Positions 28,171 through 37,291 of a stretch of 64,000 nt of DNA are shown piece by piece (positions within the stretch are counted from its first letter, which is position 1; each line of letters opens with the position of its first letter). The DNA comes from a virus: the IMG/VR virus record IMGVR_UViG_3300028800_000081, positions 9,133 to 73,132 of that record. One strand, written 5' to 3'. The position numbers were made by a program, and so were the translations under genes. Under the pieces are notes generated by a model. It worked only from the letters and a program-made list of their open reading frames with translations, did no database searches and was not told where the DNA came from.

Positions 28171-29672
28171 ACAAGCCGGAGAAAGACTTCAGACGATCGC
28201 TGCCCTGTTCGATCGAGCTTGAACAGGCCGCCATCGGGGCCTGTTTGGTCGACAACCGGCTGATCGAAGTCCTCGCCGCCGACCTTGAGCCCGAAGCTTT
28301 GTTCGACCCGCTTCACCAGCGCATCTATGGGCTCATCCTCGCGCTCTCGGCCGAAGGCAAAGTCGACCCGCTGATCCTCAATTCCGTGATGGCGCACGAT
28401 GACGGCCTCAAGATCGTCGGAGGCATCGGCTACCTCGCGAATCTCGCCCAGGCGGCACCGGCTCGCCCGAACGTCACGGAATACGCGCGCGCGCTCAAGG
28501 AACTCGCCCAACGCCGCCGGCTGATCGAGATAGGCGAATCGCTTCTTGACGACGCCTATGCGGCGACGGGCGATCGGTCCTCGGATGAACTCGTGACCCG
28601 CCACGCCGACGCGCTGCTCCGAATCGGGGAGGGGCGAAAGACCGGGACGAAGCACCTTGCCGACGTTGTCACGGCCAGCCTCACGCAAGCCGAGAAGCAT
28701 CTGGCGGGCGAGAAGATTGCGGCCGTCGAGACAGGTATCGGCCCGTTTGATCGCGCCATAGGCGGCCTACAGCCGGGCGACCGGGTAGCGATCGCGGCTC
28801 GCACCGGAATGGGCAAGAGTTTGACCGCCTCGGCAATCGCCAACGGACTGGCGCGGAATGGTGCACCGGTCTTCATCGCAAGCGGTGACATGCGGGCGAA
28901 GCAATGGGGCGATCGCGCGGCGTGCGACGTTGAGTCGTTCCTGCATCCAGGAGAGCCCTACATTTCGTATTCGAAGTTCCGGGCCGGCCTGCTCTCTAAC
29001 AAGGAAATCTATCGCCTGGCGCTCGCGCAACACGAGATGCAGGCATGGGCGATCGACATAGACGACAATCCGACGATCAACGTGGCGACGTTCCGCGGCC
29101 GGGTGCGCGAGATGGCGCGGCGGTATCCGGGCCAGCAAGGCGTTGCGATCCTGGACTTCATCCAGAAGGTCAAGCCCGAGAAGGGCGGAAAGCGCGACCA
29201 GCGGCGCGACGAAGACCTGACGGAGATATCCTACGACCTCGGCGATATCTGTGGAGAACTCGGCTGGTCGCTGATTGCCTTGGTGCAGCTCAAGAACAAG
29301 GCGACCGACGCCAAGGGACAGCTTTCCGAGGCGCCGCCCAGCGTTGCCGATATCCGCGAATCGGGCGGGATCGAGATGGCCTTCGACATCATCGTCAGCC
29401 CGTTCCGCAAGGCGTTTTTCATCGAGCGCCGTGAGCCTGAAGGCAAGCACAACGCCGGCGGCCCGCCGCCTGAATGGATCTCGTGGAACGCCGAAATGGC
29501 GGAGCATCGGAACAAGCTTCGCCTGCTCGGGTGGAAGAATCGGGACGGCAACGCGGCGGTGCTCAATCTCGATCTGTGGTGCAACCCCGCGACCGCGACG
29601 GTCTGCGAATACGCGCCGGAACGCAGCACGCAACAGACAGCCGACCTTCTGGCGTTCGGAGCGCCGGGGTGA
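28167..29672 (+). CDS. dnaB: Replicative helicase, DnaB family
   Basis: N-domain ELEQAAIGACL/HQRIY; Walker A ARTGMGKS; ILDFIQ; DIRESGGIE; KNRDG. Confidence 0.92.
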   Translation: MNKPEKDFRRSLPCSIELEQAAIGACLVDNRLIEVLAADLEPEALFDPLHQRIYGLILALSAEGKVDPLILNSVMAHDDGLKIVGGIGYLANLAQAAPARPNVTEYARALKELAQRRRLIEIGESLLDDAYAATGDRSSDELVTRHADALLRIGEGRKTGTKHLADVVTASLTQAEKHLAGEKIAAVETGIGPFDRAIGGLQPGDRVAIAARTGMGKSLTASAIANGLARNGAPVFIASGDMRAKQWGDRAACDVESFLHPGEPYISYSKFRAGLLSNKEIYRLALAQHEMQAWAIDIDDNPTINVATFRGRVREMARRYPGQQGVAILDFIQKVKPEKGGKRDQRRDEDLTEISYDLGDICGELGWSLIALVQLKNKATDAKGQLSEAPPSVADIRESGGIEMAFDIIVSPFRKAFFIERREPEGKHNAGGPPPEWISWNAEMAEHRNKLRLLGWKNRDGNAAVLNLDLWCNPATATVCEYAPERSTQQTADLLAFGAPG

Positions 29673-30709
29673 GCGCCTACTACAATGAAATCGACCCCTA
29701 TGCAGCACAATGGCTGCGCAACCTTATTGCTGCGGGACACATTGCCGATGGTGAAGTTGACGAACGATCAATCATCGACGTTCCCGCCGCCGATCTCCGC
29801 GACTTCACGCAATGCCATTTCTTCGCTGGAATCGGCGGGTGGTCTGTCGCACTCAGGCTCGCAGGATGGCCCGATGATCGACCTGTTTGGACAGGAAGTT
29901 GCCCCTGCCAGCCCTTTAGCGCCGCCGGAGCGGGCAAGGCGGCCGATGACAGCCGTCACCTGTGGCCTGCGTGGTTTTCTCTCATCTCCGTCGCACGCCC
30001 TGCAATCGTCTTTGGAGAGCAGGTTGAAGCGGCAATTGGATGGGGTTGGCTCGACGCTGTTTTCGCTGACATGGAAGGCGCGGGCTACGCCTGCGGGGCG
30101 TCCGTACTTCCAGCTTGTGGCATCGGCGCGCCGCACATCAGACAGCGAACTTGGTTCGTGGCCGACGCCAATGGCGGGGACGCCGGCGCAGCGGGGCTAC
30201 AACGAAGCGGGGAACACGGACAGCGGGCGCAAGACGGTCGCGCTGGTGAGTTCCTGGCCGACTCCGCGCGCGGAAGACAGCGAGAGTTCGGGAATGCGTC
30301 ACGGCCGCGGAGTGGCGGACACTCTGACGGCGGTATCGAGCCTAGCGGCTTGGACAACCCCGCAAGCGCACGACACGCACAAGCGCGGCGCGGGGAATCG
30401 CCTCAATCCGAAGGGCGGCGGGGGATGTTTGGCGTCGGAAGCGATCCTCGCGAGTTGGGCGACACCAACGGCGGACGACGCGGACAATGTGACGAGGGCG
30501 AGCGGCCAATATCAATCGCTAACGCGACAGGCGATGACGCTTGGTCAAATCTCGAATGGCTCGCCTGCACAGACGGAAGATCGCGGCCAGTTGAGCCCGG
30601 GACATTCCCGCTGGCTCATGGGATACAGCGTCGAACATCTAAGCTGCGCGCCTACGGCAATGCCATCGTCCCGCAAGTCGCGGCGGAGTTCATAAAGGCG
30701 TTCGCGTGA
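29669..30709 (+). CDS. C5-cytosine DNA methyltransferase, alpha chain
   Basis: Motifs I FFAGIGG, IV PCQPFS, VI EQV, VIII HIRQRTW and X YGNAIVPQVA; no motif IX. Confidence 0.9.
   Translation: MSAYYNEIDPYAAQWLRNLIAAGHIADGEVDERSIIDVPAADLRDFTQCHFFAGIGGWSVALRLAGWPDDRPVWTGSCPCQPFSAAGAGKAADDSRHLWPAWFSLISVARPAIVFGEQVEAAIGWGWLDAVFADMEGAGYACGASVLPACGIGAPHIRQRTWFVADANGGDAGAAGLQRSGEHGQRAQDGRAGEFLADSARGRQREFGNASRPRSGGHSDGGIEPSGLDNPASARHAQARRGESPQSEGRRGMFGVGSDPRELGDTNGGRRGQCDEGERPISIANATGDDAWSNLEWLACTDGRSRPVEPGTFPLAHGIQRRTSKLRAYGNAIVPQVAAEFIKAFA
29874..30695 (+). CDS. Probable methyltransferase beta chain in overlapping frame
   Basis: Open >270 codons inside the alpha gene; WPTP repeats; motif IX-like GQLSPGHSRWLMGY. 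Confidence 0.7.
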   Translation: MIDLFGQEVAPASPLAPPERARRPMTAVTCGLRGFLSSPSHALQSSLESRLKRQLDGVGSTLFSLTWKARATPAGRPYFQLVASARRTSDSELGSWPTPMAGTPAQRGYNEAGNTDSGRKTVALVSSWPTPRAEDSESSGMRHGRGVADTLTAVSSLAAWTTPQAHDTHKRGAGNRLNPKGGGGCLASEAILASWATPTADDADNVTRASGQYQSLTRQAMTLGQISNGSPAQTEDRGQLSPGHSRWLMGYSVEHLSCAPTAMPSSRKSRRSS

Positions 30710-30938
30710 CGTTCCCTCTTGCATCGCGCCCGTTGTGATTCGTCTCGCGGAGGCACAAGACATAGCGGCTTGCGATTTTCCGAATCTGGGCCAATCGTGA
30801 GGGGCTTGACGGGCGCGGTCGACTTGCCGCACATTCCGTCCGCTTGATGGCCCTAAGCAAGCCATCTGTTCGCGGTTGTCGGCCGGGCCTGGGCGTTCCA
30901 GGTCAGGCTCGGCGGCAGCTCCCTGGAACCGTAGGAAC

Positions 30939-31400
30939 ATGAACTCAGTCACAAATACGCCCAGAAGCAATCAGCACGATCCAGCCAGAGACGCGCGGAT
31001 CGTTGCTCACTATCTGACGCCGCACTCAATGGAAGAGACGGGCGCGGAATTTGGCATCTCGAAGCAGCGCGTTCATCAAATTTTGGACCGCGTTGGGGTA
31101 GCTATTAGGCACGGCATCGGCGCCACAATGGCTGCGAGAATCGCTTCAGGGCAAGTCGCTCGCGCAGAGGCTGAAGCTAAGACAAAGGTCAAACGGGATC
31201 GCCAATTGCGGCAAAAAACCATTGCCGCGCTTGCTTTTGGCGATGGATATAGATTGCGCGAAATCGCTCGGTTTCTTGATTTTAATAGTCCGCAGCATGT
31301 GAATTCGTTGCTTCGAAAGATTGGCGCCCCTTTCCGAAAGCCAGAGGCGCACGAGCATATGAAACGCCGATGGGAAATGCGGCGCGAGTTAGCGAAATGA
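30939..31400 (+). CDS. Sigma70 region-4-like double-HTH protein
   Basis: SMEETGAEFGISKQRVHQIL and YRLREIARFL. Confidence 0.7.
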   Translation: MNSVTNTPRSNQHDPARDARIVAHYLTPHSMEETGAEFGISKQRVHQILDRVGVAIRHGIGATMAARIASGQVARAEAEAKTKVKRDRQLRQKTIAALAFGDGYRLREIARFLDFNSPQHVNSLLRKIGAPFRKPEAHEHMKRRWEMRRELAK

Positions 31401-31552
31401 AAATTACGCCTTCCACATTCACGCAAAGCCGCCCGGCATTATGCCGTCTGAGCGGTCAGCATGGCTATGGAAAGCGAAACGGCCCGGTGCCTTTGAGGGC
31501 GTTCCGGGCCGCTTGCGTAGGGAGGAAAAGCCTTCCGAGGGGCGCGCTTGAT

Positions 31553-31888
31553 ATAGCGTTTCCCCACTCCCCGCGCAAGCCGATCCGTCCTCAACGGCCC
31601 GGCGGTCGCCTAGACCGTCACAAATCGCTGGCTCTGCTCCCCACGGCACCCAGCGGCCCAAACGGAGCGCGCGCGAGCGCGAACGTATGAGATGGTGACG
31701 GTCGGGAAACCCCAAGTCCAAAGCCTCGTAGGGTTTTCCAGGAGGGCGGCCATAACAACGCTCTCAGGCGGACGGCCTTAAGGACAGGGCCGGGGCGAAA
31801 GCCCGAGTGACGAGTACGCGGGGGAGGAATCCTCTTGGCCATAGGCGGCCTCCACCATACTCCGGTGGGCGGAAAGTGGGGAAGCTAT
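31553..31888 (+). ncRNA. Large structured non-coding element (RNA or ssDNA origin)
   Basis: Nested long-range helices and a GNRA hairpin; no convincing ORF; strand assumed. Confidence 0.6.
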
Positions 31889-31899
31889 GGAGAGGCGCG

Positions 31900-32349
31900 A
31901 TGAAGGCGACGGTCGGAAGCAAAAAGTGGCACAAGCGCCACAAGCGAAAGATGCACAAACGCAGAGGCGCTTCGTGGTGCCTCGTGTACGGGCTCTATGA
32001 CCCGCGCGACGAAGCAAAGGCGATCCGGTATGTCGGGCAAACGAGGAATTCTAAAGTTCGCCTCGCCTATCATCTGAAAAACGCGCGCGACGGGAAAGCC
32101 GGCCGCGTTCTCGCTTGGATACGCGAACTATTGGACGCTGGCGTTGCTCCCGTGCTGGCGGTCCTCGACGGCGATGGCGCGTGGGACGTCTCAGAGATTA
32201 TCTGGATCGAACGGCTGCGCGTCGGCGAAGCCGATCTTCTGAATGTGCTTCGCGGTGGCTGCGATCAAACGCAACGCCGCGGACGGATCGAACGACATCC
32301 TGACGCAATCGCGCTGAACGAAGAATTTCGCGCGGTGATCGGCCCGTGA
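31900..32349 (+). CDS. GIY-YIG-like nuclease
   Basis: VYGLYDPRD...IRYVGQT...RLAYH...E..WI...LLN. Confidence 0.7.
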   Translation: MKATVGSKKWHKRHKRKMHKRRGASWCLVYGLYDPRDEAKAIRYVGQTRNSKVRLAYHLKNARDGKAGRVLAWIRELLDAGVAPVLAVLDGDGAWDVSEIIWIERLRVGEADLLNVLRGGCDQTQRRGRIERHPDAIALNEEFRAVIGP

Positions 32350-32386
32350 ACCACATCAACCCGAGCGAATGGAAAGGCGAACTGCC

Positions 32387-33118
32387 ATGAGGGAAATTGA
32401 CAAGACTGCGATGTCGTACTGGTTCCCGAAGATTGAGGCGGCTGGGCTTCCTGTCCCTCGCACGACGATGGTGCCAATGCCGACTGATGCACAGCGCGAC
32501 TTATTCCGAAGCTTTGACCAAGAACAGATGCATGGCGAATACGCTGCGTTCGTCAAGACACTTGAGCCGATAGCCGAATCCCTTGGATATCCATGTTTTG
32601 TGCGGACGGAATTCACATCCGCGAAACACGATTGGGAATTAGCATGTTACGTCAAGGCGTACGCGGAATTGGCCGACCATATTTCGCACATCGTATATTT
32701 CAGCGAGTGCTGCGCTCCCGGAGGAGAGTTAGGTTACAACTTTTGGGCAATCCGAGAGTTCCTTCCTACGATGCCCATCGGCGTCTGCCGCGGATACAGC
32801 AACATGCCGATTTGCCGAGAGTTTCGGTTTTTCGTCGAAGACGATAAAGTTGTGTGCTGGCATCCCTACTGGCCTCGTCACGCGCTTGACGATGGCAACC
32901 CGGTATATTCCGGACCCCCTATGAGTTACGAAGAATTCTGCACGCCGCCAGACTTGGCCGCGCTAGAAAAGATCGCATCTGATGCAGGGCGCGCTGTTGG
33001 CGGAGCTTGGTCGGTCGACCTTCTCGAAACGAAGCGCGGATGGTTCCTGACTGACATGGCAGAAGCGCACAGGTCTTTCCATTGGGAAGGTTGCCAAGTT
33101 CACGGAAAGCAACGCTGA
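32387..33118 (+). CDS. ATP-grasp domain protein (R2K-like)
   Basis: GYPCFVRT..SAKHDW, IREFL, REFRFFV, WSVDLL and WFLTD. Confidence 0.7.
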   Translation: MREIDKTAMSYWFPKIEAAGLPVPRTTMVPMPTDAQRDLFRSFDQEQMHGEYAAFVKTLEPIAESLGYPCFVRTEFTSAKHDWELACYVKAYAELADHISHIVYFSECCAPGGELGYNFWAIREFLPTMPIGVCRGYSNMPICREFRFFVEDDKVVCWHPYWPRHALDDGNPVYSGPPMSYEEFCTPPDLAALEKIASDAGRAVGGAWSVDLLETKRGWFLTDMAEAHRSFHWEGCQVHGKQR

Positions 33119-33702
33119 TGGACGACACGCAATTCGCCAACGGCCTGCTCGAATTGTGGACGGCTCACGACACAGCCGGGTCACGAACCTACATCGCATC
33201 GAACGGCGGCATGTCTCGTGTCATTGCCCTCGCTGTCCGCGGCGCCGTGCGGGCAAAGCGTGATGCGACCAAGACCGCGAAGGGCACGCCGCTGTCTGCG
33301 GACTTCCCGGACCGAATCGCCCTCGACAACGCCCTCGAATACTGGCGCAAGCACAAGCGGCCCGACATCTGCCTGAAGATCGAAGAGGTCTCGGATCACT
33401 TCCGCCGTCACCACGCGGAGCACAAGGCGCTGAGCTGGCCCCGCACCTGGGCGACGTGGTACTGCAATCAGATCAATTTTATCCGCGCGCCGGCGTCGAT
33501 GCAGACCGCAACCGTCATTCCCATCAACGGCACGCCGCAAGAGTGGGCGAATCGGGTGCGGATTTGGGACGGCACGAGCGGCGACGCTGACCTTCCGCCC
33601 GGCACATGGTCGGACAAATGGGGCCCGAAGCCCGGCGAGCCCGGTTGCCGAGTCCCGGACGAAGCGTATGGTCTGGCGAGACCGAAAGCAGCGAGGGCGT
33701 GA
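33118..33702 (+). CDS. Replication protein C-terminal-type (DnaT-like) domain protein
   Basis: FRRHH...SWPRTWATWYCN and WGPKPGEPGCRVP, typical of C-termini of alphaproteobacterial phage initiators. Confidence 0.55.
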   Translation: MDDTQFANGLLELWTAHDTAGSRTYIASNGGMSRVIALAVRGAVRAKRDATKTAKGTPLSADFPDRIALDNALEYWRKHKRPDICLKIEEVSDHFRRHHAEHKALSWPRTWATWYCNQINFIRAPASMQTATVIPINGTPQEWANRVRIWDGTSGDADLPPGTWSDKWGPKPGEPGCRVPDEAYGLARPKAARA

Positions 33703-34496
33703 TGGGTGAGAGAACCGAAATTTCATGGGCGGACAGCACGTTCAATCCGGTCGTGGGATGCACGAAGGTGAGCGCGGCATGCGATCATTGCTACGCGGAA
33801 TCTTGGGCCAAGCGGGCCGGTCAGCCGGAGTTGTGGCAGGGCGAACGCCGCCGCACGACGCCTGAGAACTGGCGCAAGCCTCTGAAGTGGGATCGCGATG
33901 CCGCGCTGTCGGGGCGCCGACCGCGCGTGTTCTGCGCTTCGCTGTCGGATGTGTTCGACAATCAGTGGGAACCAGAATGGCGTAGAGACCTGTGGCAACT
34001 GATAGCCGAGACACCGCATCTCGATTGGCTGTTGTTGACGAAGCGGCCGCAGAACATCGCGAAAATGCTTCCGAGCGGCGACCTCGCAAAATTCCTCCCG
34101 TGGCCGTGGCCGAATGTTTGGCTCGGCACGACGGCAGAAAATCAGACTGAGGCTAACAGGCGGGTGCCGCACCTCGTCGCAGTTCCTGCGGCCGTCCGGT
34201 TCCTCTCATGCGAGCCGCTGCTCGGACCGATCAATCTCGCACTGGCGGGATTGGAGGTATGCTTGAACGACTTCGACACGCCATGCACGACGAACATTTC
34301 GTGGGTGATTTCAGGCGGGGAGAGTGGGTCGCATCATCGCCAAACGGACCCCGCGTGGATCCGGTCGTTGCGCGATCAGTGCTACGCTGTGGACATTGCG
34401 TTCCATCACAAACAGAACGGCGGCAAACGGCCGAAAGATGGCGGATGTTTGCTCGACGGTCGCGAGCACAAAGAGTTTCCGAGGATGGCAGCGTAA
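33702..34496 (+). CDS. Phage Gp37/Gp68 (DUF5131) family protein
   Basis: TEISWADSTFNPVVGCTKVSAACDHCYAE, LLLTKRP, FLSCEPLLG and WVISGGESG. Confidence 0.92.
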   Translation: MGERTEISWADSTFNPVVGCTKVSAACDHCYAESWAKRAGQPELWQGERRRTTPENWRKPLKWDRDAALSGRRPRVFCASLSDVFDNQWEPEWRRDLWQLIAETPHLDWLLLTKRPQNIAKMLPSGDLAKFLPWPWPNVWLGTTAENQTEANRRVPHLVAVPAAVRFLSCEPLLGPINLALAGLEVCLNDFDTPCTTNISWVISGGESGSHHRQTDPAWIRSLRDQCYAVDIAFHHKQNGGKRPKDGGCLLDGREHKEFPRMAA

Positions 34497-35875
34497 TGGC
34501 AAAGGTTGGAACACGAGCGGCCCCGAAGCTCCCCGCGCAGGCGAACGGCAAGCCGCTCGAGATCGTGTACCGCGATCCGAAGGAACTGAAGCCGGATGCG
34601 AGAAATTCTCGTGTCCATAGTCCCGAGCAAATTGAACAACTCAGGGCCTCGTATCGACGCTTCGGATGGACGTCGCCGGTCTTGCTTCGTCCTGACGGTT
34701 CAATCGGTGCCGGTCACGCTCGCGTGCGCATGGCGATCCTCGAAAAGATCAAATCCGTCCCCACCGTCACGATCGACCTCACCGAGAAGCAATGGCGCGC
34801 GTACGCAATTGTGGACAACCAGTCCGCACTCAATGCTTCTTACGATCTCGACATTCTCCGCACCGAACTCGACGAGCTAAACGGCGACTTCAACCTAATC
34901 GAGGAAATGGGCTTTTCACTCGACGAACTCGCGGACCTCGAAGTCCCAGGATTCACGCTCGACGAAACAAACGAGCGCGCCGAAGAGACGCCGCCTGTTC
35001 CTGCAAATCCGGTCGTGAAGCGCGGCGAGCTTTGGCTGCTCGGGAAGCATCGTGTGCTATGCGGCGACTCGACGAAGGCTGACGACGTGGCGCGGCCTCT
35101 CAACGGCGCGAAGCCGCATCTGATGGTCACCGATCCGCCGTATGGCGTGAACTACGATGCCGACTGGCGCAATCGCGCCGACAGAGCAAACGGGCGTCCC
35201 TACGGCGCTCGCGCGGTAGGGAAAGTGACGAACGACAACCGATCCGATTGGCGCGAAGCGTGGGCGCTCTGCCCTTCCGACGTAATTTATGTTTGGCACC
35301 CGGCGGGTGCCAAACAGGTGGAATTTTTCCACAGCATCGTCGATTCTGCATTCGAATTTCGAATGCAGATCATCTGGGCGAAGCAACAATTCCCAATCGG
35401 CAGAGGCGACTATCACGTCAAGCACGAACCTTGCTGGTACGCGGTGCGCAAAGGCAAGACCGCGCACTGGAACGGGAGTCGCACAGAGTCGACGCTGTGG
35501 GAGATCGACAAGCCGCACAAATCAGAAACGGGGCACTCGACACAGAAACCGATTGAGTGCATGCGCAAGCCCATCCTAAACAATTCGAAGCCCGGAGATT
35601 CCGTCTACGACCCGTTCCTCGGCTCTGGAACAACGCTCATCGCAGCCGAGATGGAGAAGCGCATCTGTCTAGGAATTGAGATCGCGCCAGAATATGTCGA
35701 GGTCATCATCCGACGCTGGGAAAAGTTCACATCCAAAACTGCGAAACGCGAAGACGGCGCAACGCTTGAAGACCTTCTCGACGCCAGAACGGCTGGTAAG
35801 GCTGTGGCTGGCATCGCGACCGGCAAGACGAAGCTCGTCCGTGGCAAGCGGCTCGCCAAGGCTCTGGCGACGTGA
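34496..35875 (+). CDS. ParB-N domain fused to N6A/N4C DNA methyltransferase
   Basis: RNSRVHSPEQI/AGHAR ParB-like domain; TDPPY, HSTQKP and DPFLGSG. Confidence 0.92.
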   Translation: MAKVGTRAAPKLPAQANGKPLEIVYRDPKELKPDARNSRVHSPEQIEQLRASYRRFGWTSPVLLRPDGSIGAGHARVRMAILEKIKSVPTVTIDLTEKQWRAYAIVDNQSALNASYDLDILRTELDELNGDFNLIEEMGFSLDELADLEVPGFTLDETNERAEETPPVPANPVVKRGELWLLGKHRVLCGDSTKADDVARPLNGAKPHLMVTDPPYGVNYDADWRNRADRANGRPYGARAVGKVTNDNRSDWREAWALCPSDVIYVWHPAGAKQVEFFHSIVDSAFEFRMQIIWAKQQFPIGRGDYHVKHEPCWYAVRKGKTAHWNGSRTESTLWEIDKPHKSETGHSTQKPIECMRKPILNNSKPGDSVYDPFLGSGTTLIAAEMEKRICLGIEIAPEYVEVIIRRWEKFTSKTAKREDGATLEDLLDARTAGKAVAGIATGKTKLVRGKRLAKALAT

Positions 35876-36057
35876 CCCGCGTCCTGCAATGGGCACGCAC
35901 GGAAGCCGAGGCGAAGCGCATGCAGGCCGAGGGCTGGATCGTGCCCGAGCAGGCCGTGACGCATCACACGCGCTGGTCGATCCTGCTCGAATGGCCCGGC
36001 CCCGGCGATCCTCCCGGACTTGACGCCGCCCCGCCACAGGCCGCAGATGGCTGAGAT

Positions 36058-36143
36058 TTGACTTATGCGCGCGCCTGGGGGTAAAAAGTTCGGGCCGATG
36101 GGCGTGTCACCGCCGAATCGACCCTGACCGTAGCGACTGGAGA
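36058..36143 (+). promoter_or_regulatory. tnpB2 promoter and hairpin leader
   Basis: TTGACT-N17-GTAAAA, AAGTTCGGGCCGAT...ATCGACCC-TGACC and GGAGA; same layout as tnpB1. Confidence 0.65.
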
Positions 36144-36148
36144 TCGCC

Positions 36149-37291
36149 TTGGCTAAGCAAGCCGTACCAAAACTCATCCGAACGTACAAGTTCCGATTGC
36201 TGCCGCGCAAGGCGCAGCACGTCCGTTTGCGCGCTGCGCTTGATCACACACGAGATATTTACAACTCCGCGCTGGAGTCCCGCATCTCTGCCTACCAGAA
36301 GCTCGGCAAGACGATGGGCTATGTGCGCCAGTGTCGTGAGCTTACGGAATTGCGCGGCGATCCCGGTTACACGGAATTTCCAGTCGCTCTCCAGCGCTGG
36401 CCGTTGAAGCGGCTTGACGACGCGTTCGCCGCATTCTTCCGCCGTGTGAAAGCAGGCGATAGCCCTGGCTTTCCTCGCTTCAAGGGCCGCGACTGGTTCA
36501 AGAGCTTCGGCTTTTCTGATCGCTATGGCTGGAAGCTAGACGGCTCGCGCCTCTACATGAAAGGTATCGGTCGCGTGAAGGTGCATATGCATCGTGCGTT
36601 GCCATCCGCGCCGATTTTGTGCCAGATCAAACGCGATGCGAATGGTTGGGCTGTTCTACTCGTCTGCGAGGTAAGTGCCGAGCCATTGCAGGAAACTGGC
36701 AGAAACATCGGCATCGACCTCGGCATAACGTCGTTCATCGCCACGTCGGACGGCGAGACGGTGCCAGGGTTTCACGCGGCGAGGCGTGCGCAAGCGCAGA
36801 TGCGCAGGCGTTCGAGGGCGCTTGAAAGATGCAAGCGGGGTTCGCGCAACAGGCGGAAGGCGAAGACTTGCGTTACGGCGGCGCATGAAAGCATCGCCAA
36901 CGAGCGCCGAACGTTCCTGCATCAAGTGGCAGCGAAACTTGTGCGCGAAAATGACATGATCGCCGTCGAAAATCTAAACGTCAAAGGTCTTGCGCGCGCC
37001 ATGCTTGCCCGCGATGTCAACGATGCTGGATGGTCCACCTTCACACGCCTCCTAATCGAAAAGGCTGAGAGAGCCGGTCGGTTGGTCGTAAAAGTCGATC
37101 CTAGATACACGAGCCAAGCCTGTTCCGGCTGTGGGGTTATCGTGCCGAAGGCGCTAGGCGTCCGCGTGCACGATTGCCCAGATTGCGGATTGCGTTTGGA
37201 TCGTGACGTAAACGCAGCAAAAAATGTGCTGCACAGGGCGGTAACGCGCCCTGACGCGCTTCAATGCCGGGAGTCACTGGTATGCGCGTAG
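36149..37291 (+). CDS. tnpB: RNA-guided endonuclease TnpB, copy 2
   Basis: TYKFRLLP, GIDLG, AVENL, CSGC/CPDC and DRDVNAAKN; catalytic triad intact. Confidence 0.95.
   Translation: MAKQAVPKLIRTYKFRLLPRKAQHVRLRAALDHTRDIYNSALESRISAYQKLGKTMGYVRQCRELTELRGDPGYTEFPVALQRWPLKRLDDAFAAFFRRVKAGDSPGFPRFKGRDWFKSFGFSDRYGWKLDGSRLYMKGIGRVKVHMHRALPSAPILCQIKRDANGWAVLLVCEVSAEPLQETGRNIGIDLGITSFIATSDGETVPGFHAARRAQAQMRRRSRALERCKRGSRNRRKAKTCVTAAHESIANERRTFLHQVAAKLVRENDMIAVENLNVKGLARAMLARDVNDAGWSTFTRLLIEKAERAGRLVVKVDPRYTSQACSGCGVIVPKALGVRVHDCPDCGLRLDRDVNAAKNVLHRAVTRPDALQCRESLVCA

Noticed and set aside
30880-30930. C4-like antisense RNA (GTTCCAGG/CCTGGAAC)
   Set aside because: Only alternative short stems are visible; insufficient to name a family.
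31553-31888. Retron msr-msd or self-splicing intron
   Set aside because: No reverse transcriptase in the window, no interrupted gene, and no recognisable catalytic core.
24907-37291. Nuclease-dead TldR-type repressors
   Set aside because: All three RuvC acidic residues are present in both copies.
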